This document shows positions 22,901 to 28,945 of a DNA stretch of 64,000 bases, in pieces. The stretch is from Gammaproteobacteria bacterium (GTDB lineage Bacteria; Pseudomonadota; Gammaproteobacteria; JBCCGL01). Location: contig OZ255836.1 in the NCBI GenBank assembly GCA_965277715.1, positions 3,264,001 through 3,328,000 on the forward strand, read 5' to 3'. Made by a program: the position numbers and the translations under genes. The notes under the pieces were generated by a model. It was not told where the DNA came from. It searched no databases and worked only from the letters and a program-made list of their open reading frames with translations. Numbering within the stretch: the stretch's first letter is position 1; each line of letters opens with the position of its first letter.

Positions 22901-24705
22901 CCACCTCAACGCTGGATGGCGGTGCGGGCCAGGACACCCTGAACCTGACCGCCGGGGGCAGCTATGACCTGAGCAATGCCATGGGCATTGAAAATATCCA
23001 CGCCACAACGGCGGCGAATGTCAGCGTCCGTATAGGCAGTGGCACGGATGACCTGGATATATTCCTGCACGAAGACAATGTCGATACCCTGATTGGCAGC
23101 ACGGTGGCCAGTAGTCTGAATATCAATATCAGCCGCGATGCCTTTGTCGACTACCTGCACCAGAACCGCAGTGATTACGGCCTCGACAAAAACGACAACG
23201 GCGACGATACCCTCACCTACCAAGGCCATACCTTTACCCTGCGGGATATCGATACGCTGGCGTTTAACGATGGTCAACAACTCTATTTGGATACGCGCAA
23301 TAATGCACCGATCCGGGTGGGTGACGGTGCCACCTTTAGTGGTTTTGAAGACGTGGCATTGACGCTGGATACCGCCGTGATGGTGGGTCAATACTACGAT
23401 ATTGAGCGGGAGGCATTAACCGTCAACCAGTACAGCGTAACGGTTGCAGGGGATATTGACGGTGCATGGAATGTGGTGCAATTGGGTGAGAATATTCACG
23501 GTAGCCGCTCGGGGACTTACAGTGTTTCAGACGGGCACAATACCTCGGTGACTAACAGCCTTACTACGGATTTCCAGCCGGTGAATGATGCACCTACCAT
23601 AAGACAGTTCTATTACACTAAACAGATATATGGTCTGAGTAATAATCGTGTTGACCGTGTCTATTTTGAAGTAACAGATAGTGACAACTCTGGTGATCAA
23701 CTCAATATAACGGCATCTGGAAATGGGGCACAAACCCCAGTGCGTTACTCGATATCCGGCAATACGGCGAATTTTTATGTCGATGTGTACGGGGTGTTAT
23801 TTGGTCGAGGAACCGGGGTCGGGGTCAATCACAATCAATTTACCGCTACCGCTGGGGATATATCAGGTGCTCAGGTAAGTATCACTGCTGGATTGAACTA
23901 TTTGCGTAGCTTCTATGGATCAAACGGTGGCTGTACAGGACAGGATTGTCATGGTGGAAATAATAGACCCATTTTCCTCGATTTAAATAACGACGGTTTC
24001 GCTTTTGAGGCCAATGCCGTCAACTTTGATTACGACAGCGATGGCACACTGGAGACCGGCGCCTGGCTGGCCGACAGCGCTGACGGCGTCCTCGCCATCG
24101 ACTACGACGGCGACGGCATTGTCACCCACGGCCATGAAATTGCCTTTGCCGATTGGCACCCGGATGCACAAACCGACCTGCACGGCCTGCAACTGGCCTT
24201 TGACACTAACCAGGATGGCCTGCTGAATGCACAGGACGAGCGCTGGCACGAATTCGGCGTATGGCGGGACGCCAACAGCGACGGCATCACCGACAACGGC
24301 GAATTCCTCAGCCTCGAAGCCATGGGTATCGAAACCTTCTACCTGGTCTCTGATAACGAATACCGCCAATTCGACGGCGTGGATGTACACGGCATCGGCC
24401 AGTTTGAATACACCGATGGTCGCCGCAGCGACTTTGCCGATGCCACGGTGTACTATCACGACGACGAACCAGAAACCCCGACACCAGCGCCTGGTGAAAC
24501 AACCCCCGCTGTGGCCAGTACCGAAGATTCACCCCCTCCCGCATTGATCGACCCCAACGAGGAAGCCGATGCCATCGCCAACCAATTGGCCAGCATCATC
24601 AACCAACTGGCGGGCAGTGCGCTGAGCGACAGCGAACACGGTATCGTCGAGACGACCGAACCGGCTCACGATTATGTTGATGACCATGACACCCTGGTAG
24701 GGTAA
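7936..24705 (+). CDS. Giant RTX (T1SS-secreted) toxin/adhesin hybrid, 5589 aa
   Basis: LysM (~9075-9216), Gly/Ala-rich hydrophobic segment (~9810-10230), GGxGxDxLx nonapeptide blocks (~11680-12500 and ~22420-22950), ~26 Ig-like repeats, C-terminal SPM-like module; directly upstream of ABC/MFP exporter genes. Confidence 0.92.
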   Translation: MNIYDILNVESVDRLTSADVNIMQSLLDNGQRAEVYLYYNQRTGGHANDAMVMQAGITTYTGAIGGAALEGNYQARIENPGGYNLGLDDFSAFIVQGVIDAVESDINGDFAPGSGTGILTGDQIFSSDYGQWRSLELGDAFPGNIYQIDNEWDPLFFDDNEEWSIDGFIEDLEHNADFVGGAVNNALEAGLGALHLGKRFDEFPAEQYDRIVYDDNVILFVNKATGGVDGVWDSSNIGNILIAGTAVVDNIISDDYTNGDALDVDGAAFREREDKWEFMGANGREYDPSKEYDGSTVYTQSVENVLDFFKERGINVENVEDIYKLYRAIKEADINNVPLSDYLSRFGLEETVSTFTDNGDTEEDNNFIDGPTDHADSPQATTYQLQDGDTLSQIAADNGTTVEALLAANPQITDPNAIRAGDTLVIPTQENTSPTENDQHSDTPHYNNAGNPHSDDQAAATNGQDVSGTESAIAGGYSSGGEGEFAGTPIDGLAVYDNEDQLDDSPYVASPDATPEDLANDDYDPDYDAYTDQGDSSSSYSSPGNPHYDAGDVLAEHNQAQGIGSSIATGIDNLINANNNLNDFERFALSTVLQTGTQNIISESYSDLAETMSVEEITGFEDFFDDLGSTALNVGAGMLTGAITADLVSELGWNEEWSAVAGSALNVGVGAVVDSFIAEGVGAISSVGDTFTGAYSASGIGNIGTNIVVNIATSELMESLGIGQTKTGALFATIGSIIGQIFIPIPFLGAAIGQVIGGLIGDLFSSPPPPPQAEITLSFNADTEEYEQTGGWGEHGGNPASLTGGGEHLSAMVEQYQLLLESYGGQLANRHELPDVVLGFRGNEQYIMVNGEQVGTMSEHGFKSATGSLLNEMVIEGGNSYLNHVLYSDVPPAELGDLLSSAQQRILYDNNPASKGVIDALLAEQSETMQRYDELSARQAQLESEIAHLEIEINRLSNPPRVNVDKGEWVEGEISPASYAAIARYSASLAEAHEELTNVEAGLLSLLDVEAIDAAQATLRDLHEQLEAYGQEAEISTLSADDLHALATIEGQINSTQVVLETAGASLQQAQHWHSVLAQTAPYQDMLSSEHELDDATRFDYELSYLNGIRSQNDEAQFSLHDTDLSDLVLVRDGDALTLYNRRGFDTDTPLDALPAMTFDDFGQWTNDRINLTFTNSDGEVVETSFFIGQLFDVAEQVNDGEPVDTLDMAVIVAGLYSDYLGAQMTPDEALALRFGGLGSIDTAGSRQGGAGDELLFAYSGAVYAGGGNDVVVANEAANSIDGGSGEDVVSYLHSEEGVSVNLASGEGQGGHAEGDTYENIEHAVGSRHNDQLTGDGNSNRLSGMEGDDILAGGGGGDTLIGGSGQDTADYSASGEGVNVWLSGSQRDTGAEIAGHGQYSDAQGDSLAGIEHIQGSDHDDLLVGNANTNLLWGGEGSDTLRAGGGDDQLVGGQGADRLYGGGDKDKLFGGEGRDYLSGGSGDDSLLGGRGDDALLGGEGDDVLYGEAGDDLLVGGAGDDTAVFSGRYTDYQFAVTDETLSILGADGTDTLLEMEYLHFLGDVDTDLVRVDHLMAMLKDQQREDEEEVDDGAPNRSNGNTFNLAGVSAASLIATFMAAQAAARENPDLQGETPDTLFTQGQTPSDEDEQTTEAGTANPAPQFNEVEASGTQANGALPLPTQSGLTAGTGVPPIGDPLTQPGDTTGAPTNPANGQPPTDTAEGLAGEGGNPAQTNTTEAPIAEEAEASEGTPPEDPAEQPATDPLPPITRPFLAPSVTLANRVTQEDQSIALQIDVNGNNALELISVFIDGLPQNAHLSAGTQQSDGRWRLSLNELAGLTLTPAADDDRDIRLSVSVTTQNLADGRIATVEQPLIIDVQARADTPVLTVGDAQGDEDTAIALSIQSLLTDTDGSETQSIEIANVPAGARLNQGAPIGGGVWQLRPEQLSGLTLTPPADSDEAITLQITSTSRETENGNSVQRTATLTVTVNAVADTPQLLVQAVQGDEDTAIGLNIQSTRVDTDGSETQYIEIANLPTGAHLNQGIDLGNGTWRLRPEQLTGLSLTPAANSSEALALTVTAYSVETGNGASTQTSATLHVVVNAVADAPVLTAQAATGSEDTAIALAIQSALTDTDGSETQTLEIANVPAGATLSQGVDLGNGRWRLTPEQLSGLRLTPAANSDQDFVLNITAFSRDANGSEAQSTTTLAVNIIAGADAPVLTVQAAQGPEDTAIALNIQAALSDTDNSERLSVEIANVPAGARLNRGADLVDGRWQLTAEDLSGLTLTPATNSGEHIALAVTAISTERVNGAESRISTTLNIAVDAVADAPQLATQAAQGVEDSAINLNIQSVLSDTDSSETQHIEIGNIPTGARLNQGVLQSNGTWRLNPEQLSGLTITPPANSAENIALTVTAYSTESANGDVAQTRTTLNVSVDAVSDAPQLAVQAARGAEDSAIALNIQSVLSDTDGSETQHIEIANIPTGASLNQGVLQSNGAWRLNPEQLSGLTITPPANSAENIALTVTAYSTENANGDVAQTRATLNVSVDAVADAPQLAAQAARGAEDSAIALNIQSALTDADGSETLHIDIANLPVGANLNRGTQQSDGSWRLTPAELAGLTITPPANSDENFELTVTAYSTESEGGDTAQTTATLNVVVDAVADAPVLSVQAARGVEDTAIALTIQSALTDTDGSETQYIEIANIPTGASLNQGVLQSNGAWRLNPEQLSGLTITPPANSAEDIALTVTAYSTESRGGDVAQTTATLNVVVDAVADAPVLSVQAARGVEDTAIALTIQSVLSDTDGSETQYIEIANIPTGASLNQGVLQSNGAWRLNPEQLSGLTITPPTNSAEDIALTVTAYSTENANGDVAQTRATLNVSVDAVADTPQLAVQAARGAEDSAIALNIQSVLSDTDGSETQYIEIANIPTGASLNQGALQSNGTWRLTPEQLSGLTITPPANSAEDIALTVTAYSTENENDDVAQTRTTLNITVDAVADAPLLQTVAATGLEDTDIALTIQPSLVDTDGSETLRVRISDLPTGASLNQGTRQVDGSWLLSAAELSGLHITPAPNDHSDFTLTVTAYSTESGGDEAQRSVALPVTVQAVADAPTVLASPALGSEDQAIALSIQLNLIDASEQVSIRISDLPTGSVLNQGERQSDGSYQLTAAELSGLSITAPPHSDTDFALTVTATTQEANGTQADTTVSLPVTVTAVADGPDLTVQAAEGDEDATIALNIQSALIDTDGSETLHIDIGNLPAGASLNRGTQQSDGSWRLTPAELAGLTITPPANSDEDFELTVTAYSTESRGGDVAQTTATLNVVVDAVADAPTLVVQAAQGNEDTAIALNIQSALIDTDGSETLHIDIANLPAGASLNRGTQQSDGSWRLTPAELAGLTITPPANSDEDFELTVTAYSTESRGGDVAQTTATLNVVVDAVADAPTLVVQAAQGNEDTAIALDIQSALTDTDGSETLHIDIANLPVGASLNRGTQQSDGSWRLTPAELAGLAITPPANSGEDFELTVTAYSTESRGGDVAQTTATLNVVVDAIADTPTLVVQAAQGNEDTAIALNIQSTLTDTDGSETLHIDIANLPAGASLNKGTQQSDGTWRLIPAELAGLTITPPANSDEDFELTVTAYSTESEGGDTTQTTATLNVVVDAIADTPTLVVQAAQGNEDTAIALNIQSTLTDTDGSETLHIDIANLPAGASLNKGIQQSDGSWRLTLAELTGLSITPPANSDENFELTVTAYSTESGGGDTTQTTATLNVVVDAVADAPTLTVQASQGNEDTAIALDIQSALTDTDGSETLHIDIANLPAGASLNKGTQQSDGTWRLTPVELAGLTITPPANSDEDFELTVTAYSTESEGGDTTQTTATLNVVVDAVADAPTLAVQAAQGNEDTAIALNIQSTLTDTDGSETLHIDIANLPAGASLNKGTQQSDGTWRLIPAELAGLTITPPANSDEDFELTVTAYSTESEGGDTTQTTATLNVVVDAIADTPTLVVQAAQGNEDTAIALNIQSALTDTDGSETLHIDIANLPVGASLNRGIQQSDGSWRLTPTELAGLTITPPANSDKDFALTVTAYSTESRGGDTIQTTSTLNVVVDAAADAPVLTVQAARGNEDTDIALNIQSTLIDIDGSETLHIDIGNLPVGASLNRGIDRGNGTWRLTPAELAGLTITPPANSDKDFELTVTAYSTESRGDDTAQTTATLNVVVDAVADAPTLAVQAAQGNEDSTIALNIQSTLIDTDGSETLAIEIANLPAGANLSRGIDQGNGTWRLTPAELAGLAITPPVNSDKDFELTVTAYSTESRGGDVAQTTTTLNVVVDAVADMPTLTVQAAQGNEDTAIALNIQSALIDTDGSETLAIEIANLPAGASLNRGIQQSDGTWLLTREQLTGLTVTPPANSDQNFNLAITAYSREGTNGPVAQRSATLPVTVNAVADTPTLVVQSAQGNEDTAIALNIQSALIDTDGSETLAIEIANLPAGASLNRGVQQSDGSWLLTREQLTGLTVTPPANSDQNFNLAITAYSREGTNGPVAQRSATLPVTVNAVADAPTLVVQSAQGNEDTAIALNIQSALTDTDGSESLTIVVSGLPAGARLNHGTDLNNGSWQLTPAQLSGLTFTPPTNSDQDFNLTVTAYSREGANGSMAQRSATVPVTVNAVADAVQINLQVPNTAPTADLQVSVANGLGGQRIDGTFSHDSITGTAGNDVIDTEQFIQIPISASFVGADTDGSETLSDQLLVKPPGYNAPVSLASIGAGLAYNAQGQAYLLVPGARAGQTLELTLQVTATELRGGDTQVTQNTLAVVVPTRTSQGDTVDAGAGNDTVYGGGGADILRGGAGNDAIYAGAGNDTLYGDSGADTLSGGSGNDTFYADFSDIVDGGSGSDTLNFIQSGTVAIGNISNIETIQLHSGNDLITVSNSNTRIDGGAGNNTLTFSGAGHTFNSSAFSGFTSVHINLTAAADILNLGDAGFITATSTLDGGAGQDTLNLTAGGSYDLSNAMGIENIHATTAANVSVRIGSGTDDLDIFLHEDNVDTLIGSTVASSLNINISRDAFVDYLHQNRSDYGLDKNDNGDDTLTYQGHTFTLRDIDTLAFNDGQQLYLDTRNNAPIRVGDGATFSGFEDVALTLDTAVMVGQYYDIEREALTVNQYSVTVAGDIDGAWNVVQLGENIHGSRSGTYSVSDGHNTSVTNSLTTDFQPVNDAPTIRQFYYTKQIYGLSNNRVDRVYFEVTDSDNSGDQLNITASGNGAQTPVRYSISGNTANFYVDVYGVLFGRGTGVGVNHNQFTATAGDISGAQVSITAGLNYLRSFYGSNGGCTGQDCHGGNNRPIFLDLNNDGFAFEANAVNFDYDSDGTLETGAWLADSADGVLAIDYDGDGIVTHGHEIAFADWHPDAQTDLHGLQLAFDTNQDGLLNAQDERWHEFGVWRDANSDGITDNGEFLSLEAMGIETFYLVSDNEYRQFDGVDVHGIGQFEYTDGRRSDFADATVYYHDDEPETPTPAPGETTPAVASTEDSPPPALIDPNEEADAIANQLASIINQLAGSALSDSEHGIVETTEPAHDYVDDHDTLVG
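13245..21960 (+). repeat. ~26 tandem ~336-bp (112-aa) Ig/cadherin-like coding repeats
   Basis: Recurrent ADAPxLxVQAAxGxEDTAIALNIQSxLxDTDGSET...GxWRLTPxELxGLTITPPANS...LTVTAYSTE unit with 336-bp periodicity. Confidence 0.95.
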
Positions 24706-24741
24706 AACGGTATGTAATTCCCCACTAACACGGAAAACCAA

Positions 24742-26904
24742 ATGATAAAAAAAATGGAGCCTCTGCCACCGGTTGATTCGGCGTTTCAATGTTTTGCCCT
24801 GTCGTTGCACTTGCTGGGTATCCAGGTGGATACCACGATTCTGCGGCGTGACTACGGCAAGGCGGAACACTGGAACTCGACCGATATACTCCAGGCCGGG
24901 CAGCACTTGTTTTCCCTGAAAACCAAACGCCGCCGTGTGTCTAAACGCCAGCTCAAACGCCTGCCCACCCCCTGCATTCTCGAAGGCCGGGATGGTGAGT
25001 ACCTGCTGCTGATCAAATGGCAGGACGACGACCAGGCGATTGTGCAGCGACCGCTGCACAATAAAGGTGAACAACTGGACGCGCACGCGCTGCATGATCT
25101 GATCGGTGGCAAGGTAATTCTGCTGGCCAAAGGCCACAAGGTGGAGGAGAAGCCCTTCGGCCTCGGCTGGTTCTGGCGGGAGTTGCTCAAGCACCGCATG
25201 GCGTTTTCACAGGTGTTGTTGGCGGCGGTGATGTTGCAGGTGTTCGCCATGGTGACGCCGCTGTTTTCCATGATTGTGATGGATAAGGTGTTTTCATCCA
25301 GTGGTTACAGCACGCTGGATGTGCTGTTTGTCGGCCTGCTGGTGATTACTGTGTTTGACTTTCTTATCGGTCTGTTCCGGCGGCATTTACTCACCCACGC
25401 CACCACCAAGGTCGATGTGATTCTGGCGGCGCGGGTGTTTCGCCACCTGCTGCATTTGCCCATTGGTTTTTTTACCCAGCGGCAAACCGGTGATACCGTC
25501 ACCCGCGTGCGCGAGCTGGAGAGCATCCGCACGTTTATTACCGGCAGCGGTTTAACGGTGTTGATCGACTTCCCGTTCGCGTTTTTATTGGCAGGCTTGA
25601 TGTATTTATTTAGCCCGCTGTTGACGGTGGTAGTGCTGATCGGCGTGGCCCTGTGTTTTGTGGTGTACGCGATTACCTCGCCGTTCCTGAAAGACCAAAT
25701 GCAGGAAAAATACAAAATGCACACCGATAACCAGTCGTATCTGGTCGAGACGGTGCGCGGTATGGATACCCTCAAGGCGCTGGCACTGGAGCCACAAATG
25801 CAGCGGCGCTGGGAAAATCAGGTGGCGGAACACAGCCGCTTTGCCTACTTCAGTGAACGCCTGTCGACTAACGTGGGACAGCTCGGCACGATTATCAACA
25901 AAGGCACTATCGCCATCACCATGTGGTTGGGGGCCACCGCCGTGCTCGACGGGCAGATGACACCGGGGCAAATGATCGCGGTGAATATGCTGGCGGGCCG
26001 GGTGATGGCGCCGTCGATGCGCATTGCGCAAATGCTGCAACAACTGCATCAGGTCAAAATTTCGGTGCGGCGCCTGCGCGAGGTATTCGATACCCCCCAG
26101 GAGGTGGGGGTGAATAGCGAGCACGCCATGCAGCCGGATATCAAGGGCCAGATCGTGTTTGATAAGGTCTCCTTTCGCTACACAGAGCAAAGCTCCCTGG
26201 TGTTGGAAGATATCGACTTTACCGCCAAAGCGGGTGAGATTATCGGTATCGCCGGGCACTCAGGCTCTGGTAAAACCACCCTGCTGAGCCTGCTGTTGCG
26301 GTTGTACTCCCCCAGTAGCGGCAAAGTGCTGCTGGACGGTATGAACCTGGCGCAGCTCGACCCCAACTGGATTCGCCGCCATATTGGCGTGGTGCTGCAA
26401 GACAATTTCCTGTTCAATCTGTCGGTGCGGGACAACATCGCCATCGCCGACAGCAACCTCTCGCAGGCGCGTATCGAGCAGGCGGCGGTGCTGGCCGGGG
26501 CCGATGGGTTTATCCGCGCCCTGCCACAGGCTTACGATACCGTGGTGGGGGAAAAGGGTGTATTGCTGTCGGTGGGTCAGCGTCAGCGCATCGCCATTGC
26601 CAGGGCATTGGTGATGGAACCCAAATTACTGCTATGGGACGAAGCCACCAGCGCGCTGGATACCGAGGCCGAGCGGTTGATACAAACCAATATGCGCGAG
26701 ATATGCCGTGGCAAAACCGTCTTCCTGGTCGCGCACCGCTTATCGACATTGCGCTGTGCCGACCGTTTACTGGTGATGAAAAATGGCCGTATCGTCGAGC
26801 AGGGTAGCTGGAATGCGCTGCTGGCGAAAAAAGACGGCGTATTCCGGCGCAGCTGCGAGATGCAAATGGCCAAAGTCAATAAAAAAACCGACAAGGTGGC
26901 GTGA
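24742..26904 (+). CDS. hlyB: Type I secretion ABC transporter, HlyB family (C39-like domain + TMD + NBD)
   Basis: N-terminal C39-like domain, transmembrane region, Walker A GHSGSGKTT, signature LSVGQRQR, Walker B LLWDEATSALD, VAHRLST. Confidence 0.92.
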   Translation: MIKKMEPLPPVDSAFQCFALSLHLLGIQVDTTILRRDYGKAEHWNSTDILQAGQHLFSLKTKRRRVSKRQLKRLPTPCILEGRDGEYLLLIKWQDDDQAIVQRPLHNKGEQLDAHALHDLIGGKVILLAKGHKVEEKPFGLGWFWRELLKHRMAFSQVLLAAVMLQVFAMVTPLFSMIVMDKVFSSSGYSTLDVLFVGLLVITVFDFLIGLFRRHLLTHATTKVDVILAARVFRHLLHLPIGFFTQRQTGDTVTRVRELESIRTFITGSGLTVLIDFPFAFLLAGLMYLFSPLLTVVVLIGVALCFVVYAITSPFLKDQMQEKYKMHTDNQSYLVETVRGMDTLKALALEPQMQRRWENQVAEHSRFAYFSERLSTNVGQLGTIINKGTIAITMWLGATAVLDGQMTPGQMIAVNMLAGRVMAPSMRIAQMLQQLHQVKISVRRLREVFDTPQEVGVNSEHAMQPDIKGQIVFDKVSFRYTEQSSLVLEDIDFTAKAGEIIGIAGHSGSGKTTLLSLLLRLYSPSSGKVLLDGMNLAQLDPNWIRRHIGVVLQDNFLFNLSVRDNIAIADSNLSQARIEQAAVLAGADGFIRALPQAYDTVVGEKGVLLSVGQRQRIAIARALVMEPKLLLWDEATSALDTEAERLIQTNMREICRGKTVFLVAHRLSTLRCADRLLVMKNGRIVEQGSWNALLAKKDGVFRRSCEMQMAKVNKKTDKVA

Positions 26905-26950
26905 TGAATCAGCCGAATAAACGCTCCTCGACACCTCCAGAGACTGCCTC

Positions 26951-26985
26951 AAAAGCCCCTCTCCCGAGCTGGGAGAGGGGCTTTT
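26951..26985. terminator. Perfect 15-bp-stem hairpin with A/T ends (bidirectional terminator- or REP-like)
   Basis: AAAAGCCCCTCTCCC-gagct-GGGAGAGGGGCTTTT. Confidence 0.65.
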
Positions 26986-27039
26986 GCGACACCCCCGGGA
27001 GGCAGCGTGTAAAGAAGGAGTCGGGAGGCTCAGTACCCC

Positions 27040-28371
27040 ATGAGTAAGCAGTATATAGAAAGTGATTTCCTCACCGGCATCGAGAGTATTCTCGCGGCGC
27101 GTTTATCGCTGTCTGCCTGGCTGGTCACCGGGTCACTGTTGGCGCTGGTCTCGGCGCTGTTGGTGTGGGCCTGGCTGGCGGAGGTCGATGTGGTGTCCCC
27201 GGCTACCGGGGAGGTGGTCACCCGTGCCGGGGTGCAGTTGATCCAGCCCAAAGAGCTGGGCGTGATTGCCGAGATACACGTTAGAGATGGCGATGCTGTC
27301 AGCCAGGGTCAATTGCTGGTGCAGTTGAGCGACTCACTACTCACCACCGAGCTGGACCAAGTAGCGCAGGAGGTCATGCAGCTGCGCTTGCAACGGCTGC
27401 GTCTCACCGCCATGAAACAATGCCTCGCCGGGCAGGTATGTAACCGGGAGTTACCCGATCAGGACGATATTGACCCAGACCAGCAGGATCAGGTCGAGTC
27501 CCTGCACTGGCTACAGTGGCAACACTACACCGCCCAGGTTGAGCTGCGTGAACACCGCCTGTTGGTGGCGAAAAGCGAGCTAAGCAAACAATCCCAGGAA
27601 GTGCGCAACGCCGAGGAGATGATGCCGTTTTACGTCAAGCGGGACGAGCGTATGCAGGCGATGGTCGAGGGTAGCCTCGCGGCGCAAAGCAAAGTCGAAG
27701 AGGCGCGTGAAAACCGCCTGCTGCAAAGACAACAACTGGACAACCACAAAATGGCGCTGCACAAAGTCTACGCCAGTGTTAATGTCGCCGAGCGCGAGCT
27801 TAACGCCTACCGCAGGGAATACGAAGAGCAGGTGCACACACAATGGTTTGAAGCCCAATCACAGCTTTCTGTCAAACAAAAGGAGATGGCCAAGCTCCAG
27901 CGCTATATTGCCGAGAAACGCCTGCTCAGCCCTATCGACGGGGTGATTTACGATAGCGCTGTGTCGACCCGCTCGGGCGTTGTGCAATCGGGCGAGGTGT
28001 TAATGAAGGTTGTACCCAGAAATGTGGCGCTGGAAGTGGCGATCAAAATTGCCAATAAAGACATTGGCTTTGTCAGTACCGGGGACAAGGTAAAGGTAAA
28101 AATCGACGCCTACAACTTTACCAAACACGGCTCTATCGTCGGGGTGATCAGCCACATTTCCGAGGCGGCGGTGCTCGATGAACAGCTTGGCCCGGTATAC
28201 CCGGCAACCGTGCGCATCGAGCGCTCGGATATTAGCGTGAATGGTAAGCAGGCGGCGATTATTCCAGGCATGACCGCCGTGGTCGATATTTACCAGGGCA
28301 AACGGTTGTTGGCCGAGTATGTGCTGGCACCGTTGATGCGCTATAAAGATGAGGCGTTGCGGGAGCGGTGA
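27040..28371 (+). CDS. hlyD: Type I secretion membrane fusion protein, HlyD family
   Basis: Single TM helix, IHVRDGDAVSQGQLLV, long coiled coil, SPIDGVI, NKDIGFV, DAYNFTKHG, PGMTAVVDI...EALRER. Confidence 0.93.
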   Translation: MSKQYIESDFLTGIESILAARLSLSAWLVTGSLLALVSALLVWAWLAEVDVVSPATGEVVTRAGVQLIQPKELGVIAEIHVRDGDAVSQGQLLVQLSDSLLTTELDQVAQEVMQLRLQRLRLTAMKQCLAGQVCNRELPDQDDIDPDQQDQVESLHWLQWQHYTAQVELREHRLLVAKSELSKQSQEVRNAEEMMPFYVKRDERMQAMVEGSLAAQSKVEEARENRLLQRQQLDNHKMALHKVYASVNVAERELNAYRREYEEQVHTQWFEAQSQLSVKQKEMAKLQRYIAEKRLLSPIDGVIYDSAVSTRSGVVQSGEVLMKVVPRNVALEVAIKIANKDIGFVSTGDKVKVKIDAYNFTKHGSIVGVISHISEAAVLDEQLGPVYPATVRIERSDISVNGKQAAIIPGMTAVVDIYQGKRLLAEYVLAPLMRYKDEALRER

Positions 28372-28409
28372 AGGGTGAAATCGATTAATTATTTTATGGG
28401 GGTTTTTTT

Positions 28410-28841
28410 GTGAGTGAAGGGGATAATAAACAAACGATGGCGGGTGTGCTGGGGGAGGTTGTGTGGTTGATGCATAAGTCGCCCTCGCACCGGCAGGTGC
28501 TGATTGCGGAGTTGGATTGGTTGGTTATGCAGCCTATTTTGTTAAATCAATACCGCATTTATCACAAAGAGGGCAAGCCCGTCGGTGTGGTGTTTTGGGC
28601 CAGTGTGGATGATGATACCGCGCAGCGTTTGGGCCAGGGCAAGGCAAAGCTACGCAACCACGAGTGGAAGAGTGGCAGTAACTACTGGATTGTCGATGTG
28701 CTGGCGCCGTTTGGTAATGCCCAGTATTTTGTCGATGAAATGGCTAATAGCCTTTTTTCCGGTAAAGTATTCAGTTACTTGCAAACAGCGGCGGATGGCA
28801 CGCAAAAAATTGTAGAGGTCAATGCCGGTAAACCGCATTAA
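28410..28841 (+). CDS. hlyC: RTX toxin-activating lysine acyltransferase (HlyC family), copy 1
   Basis: LGEVVWLMHKSPSH, LNQYRIY, FWA, EWKSG, WIVDVLAPFG. Confidence 0.9.
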   Translation: MSEGDNKQTMAGVLGEVVWLMHKSPSHRQVLIAELDWLVMQPILLNQYRIYHKEGKPVGVVFWASVDDDTAQRLGQGKAKLRNHEWKSGSNYWIVDVLAPFGNAQYFVDEMANSLFSGKVFSYLQTAADGTQKIVEVNAGKPH

Positions 28842-28945
28842 ATGTTGTCTCCACCCTTATTACAAGGGTGCCGTAATGTGCCTCTCCCTGAAGATGAGAA
28901 ACTTTTAAGATACGCTTTATATTGGATAAAAACAGGTTAATAAAG

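Noticed and set aside
24742-25140. Active C39 peptidase domain (bacteriocin-type exporter)
   Set aside because: The position matching the catalytic Cys of the DCG motif reads DSA, consistent with an inactive HlyB-type C39-like domain; no double-glycine precursor nearby
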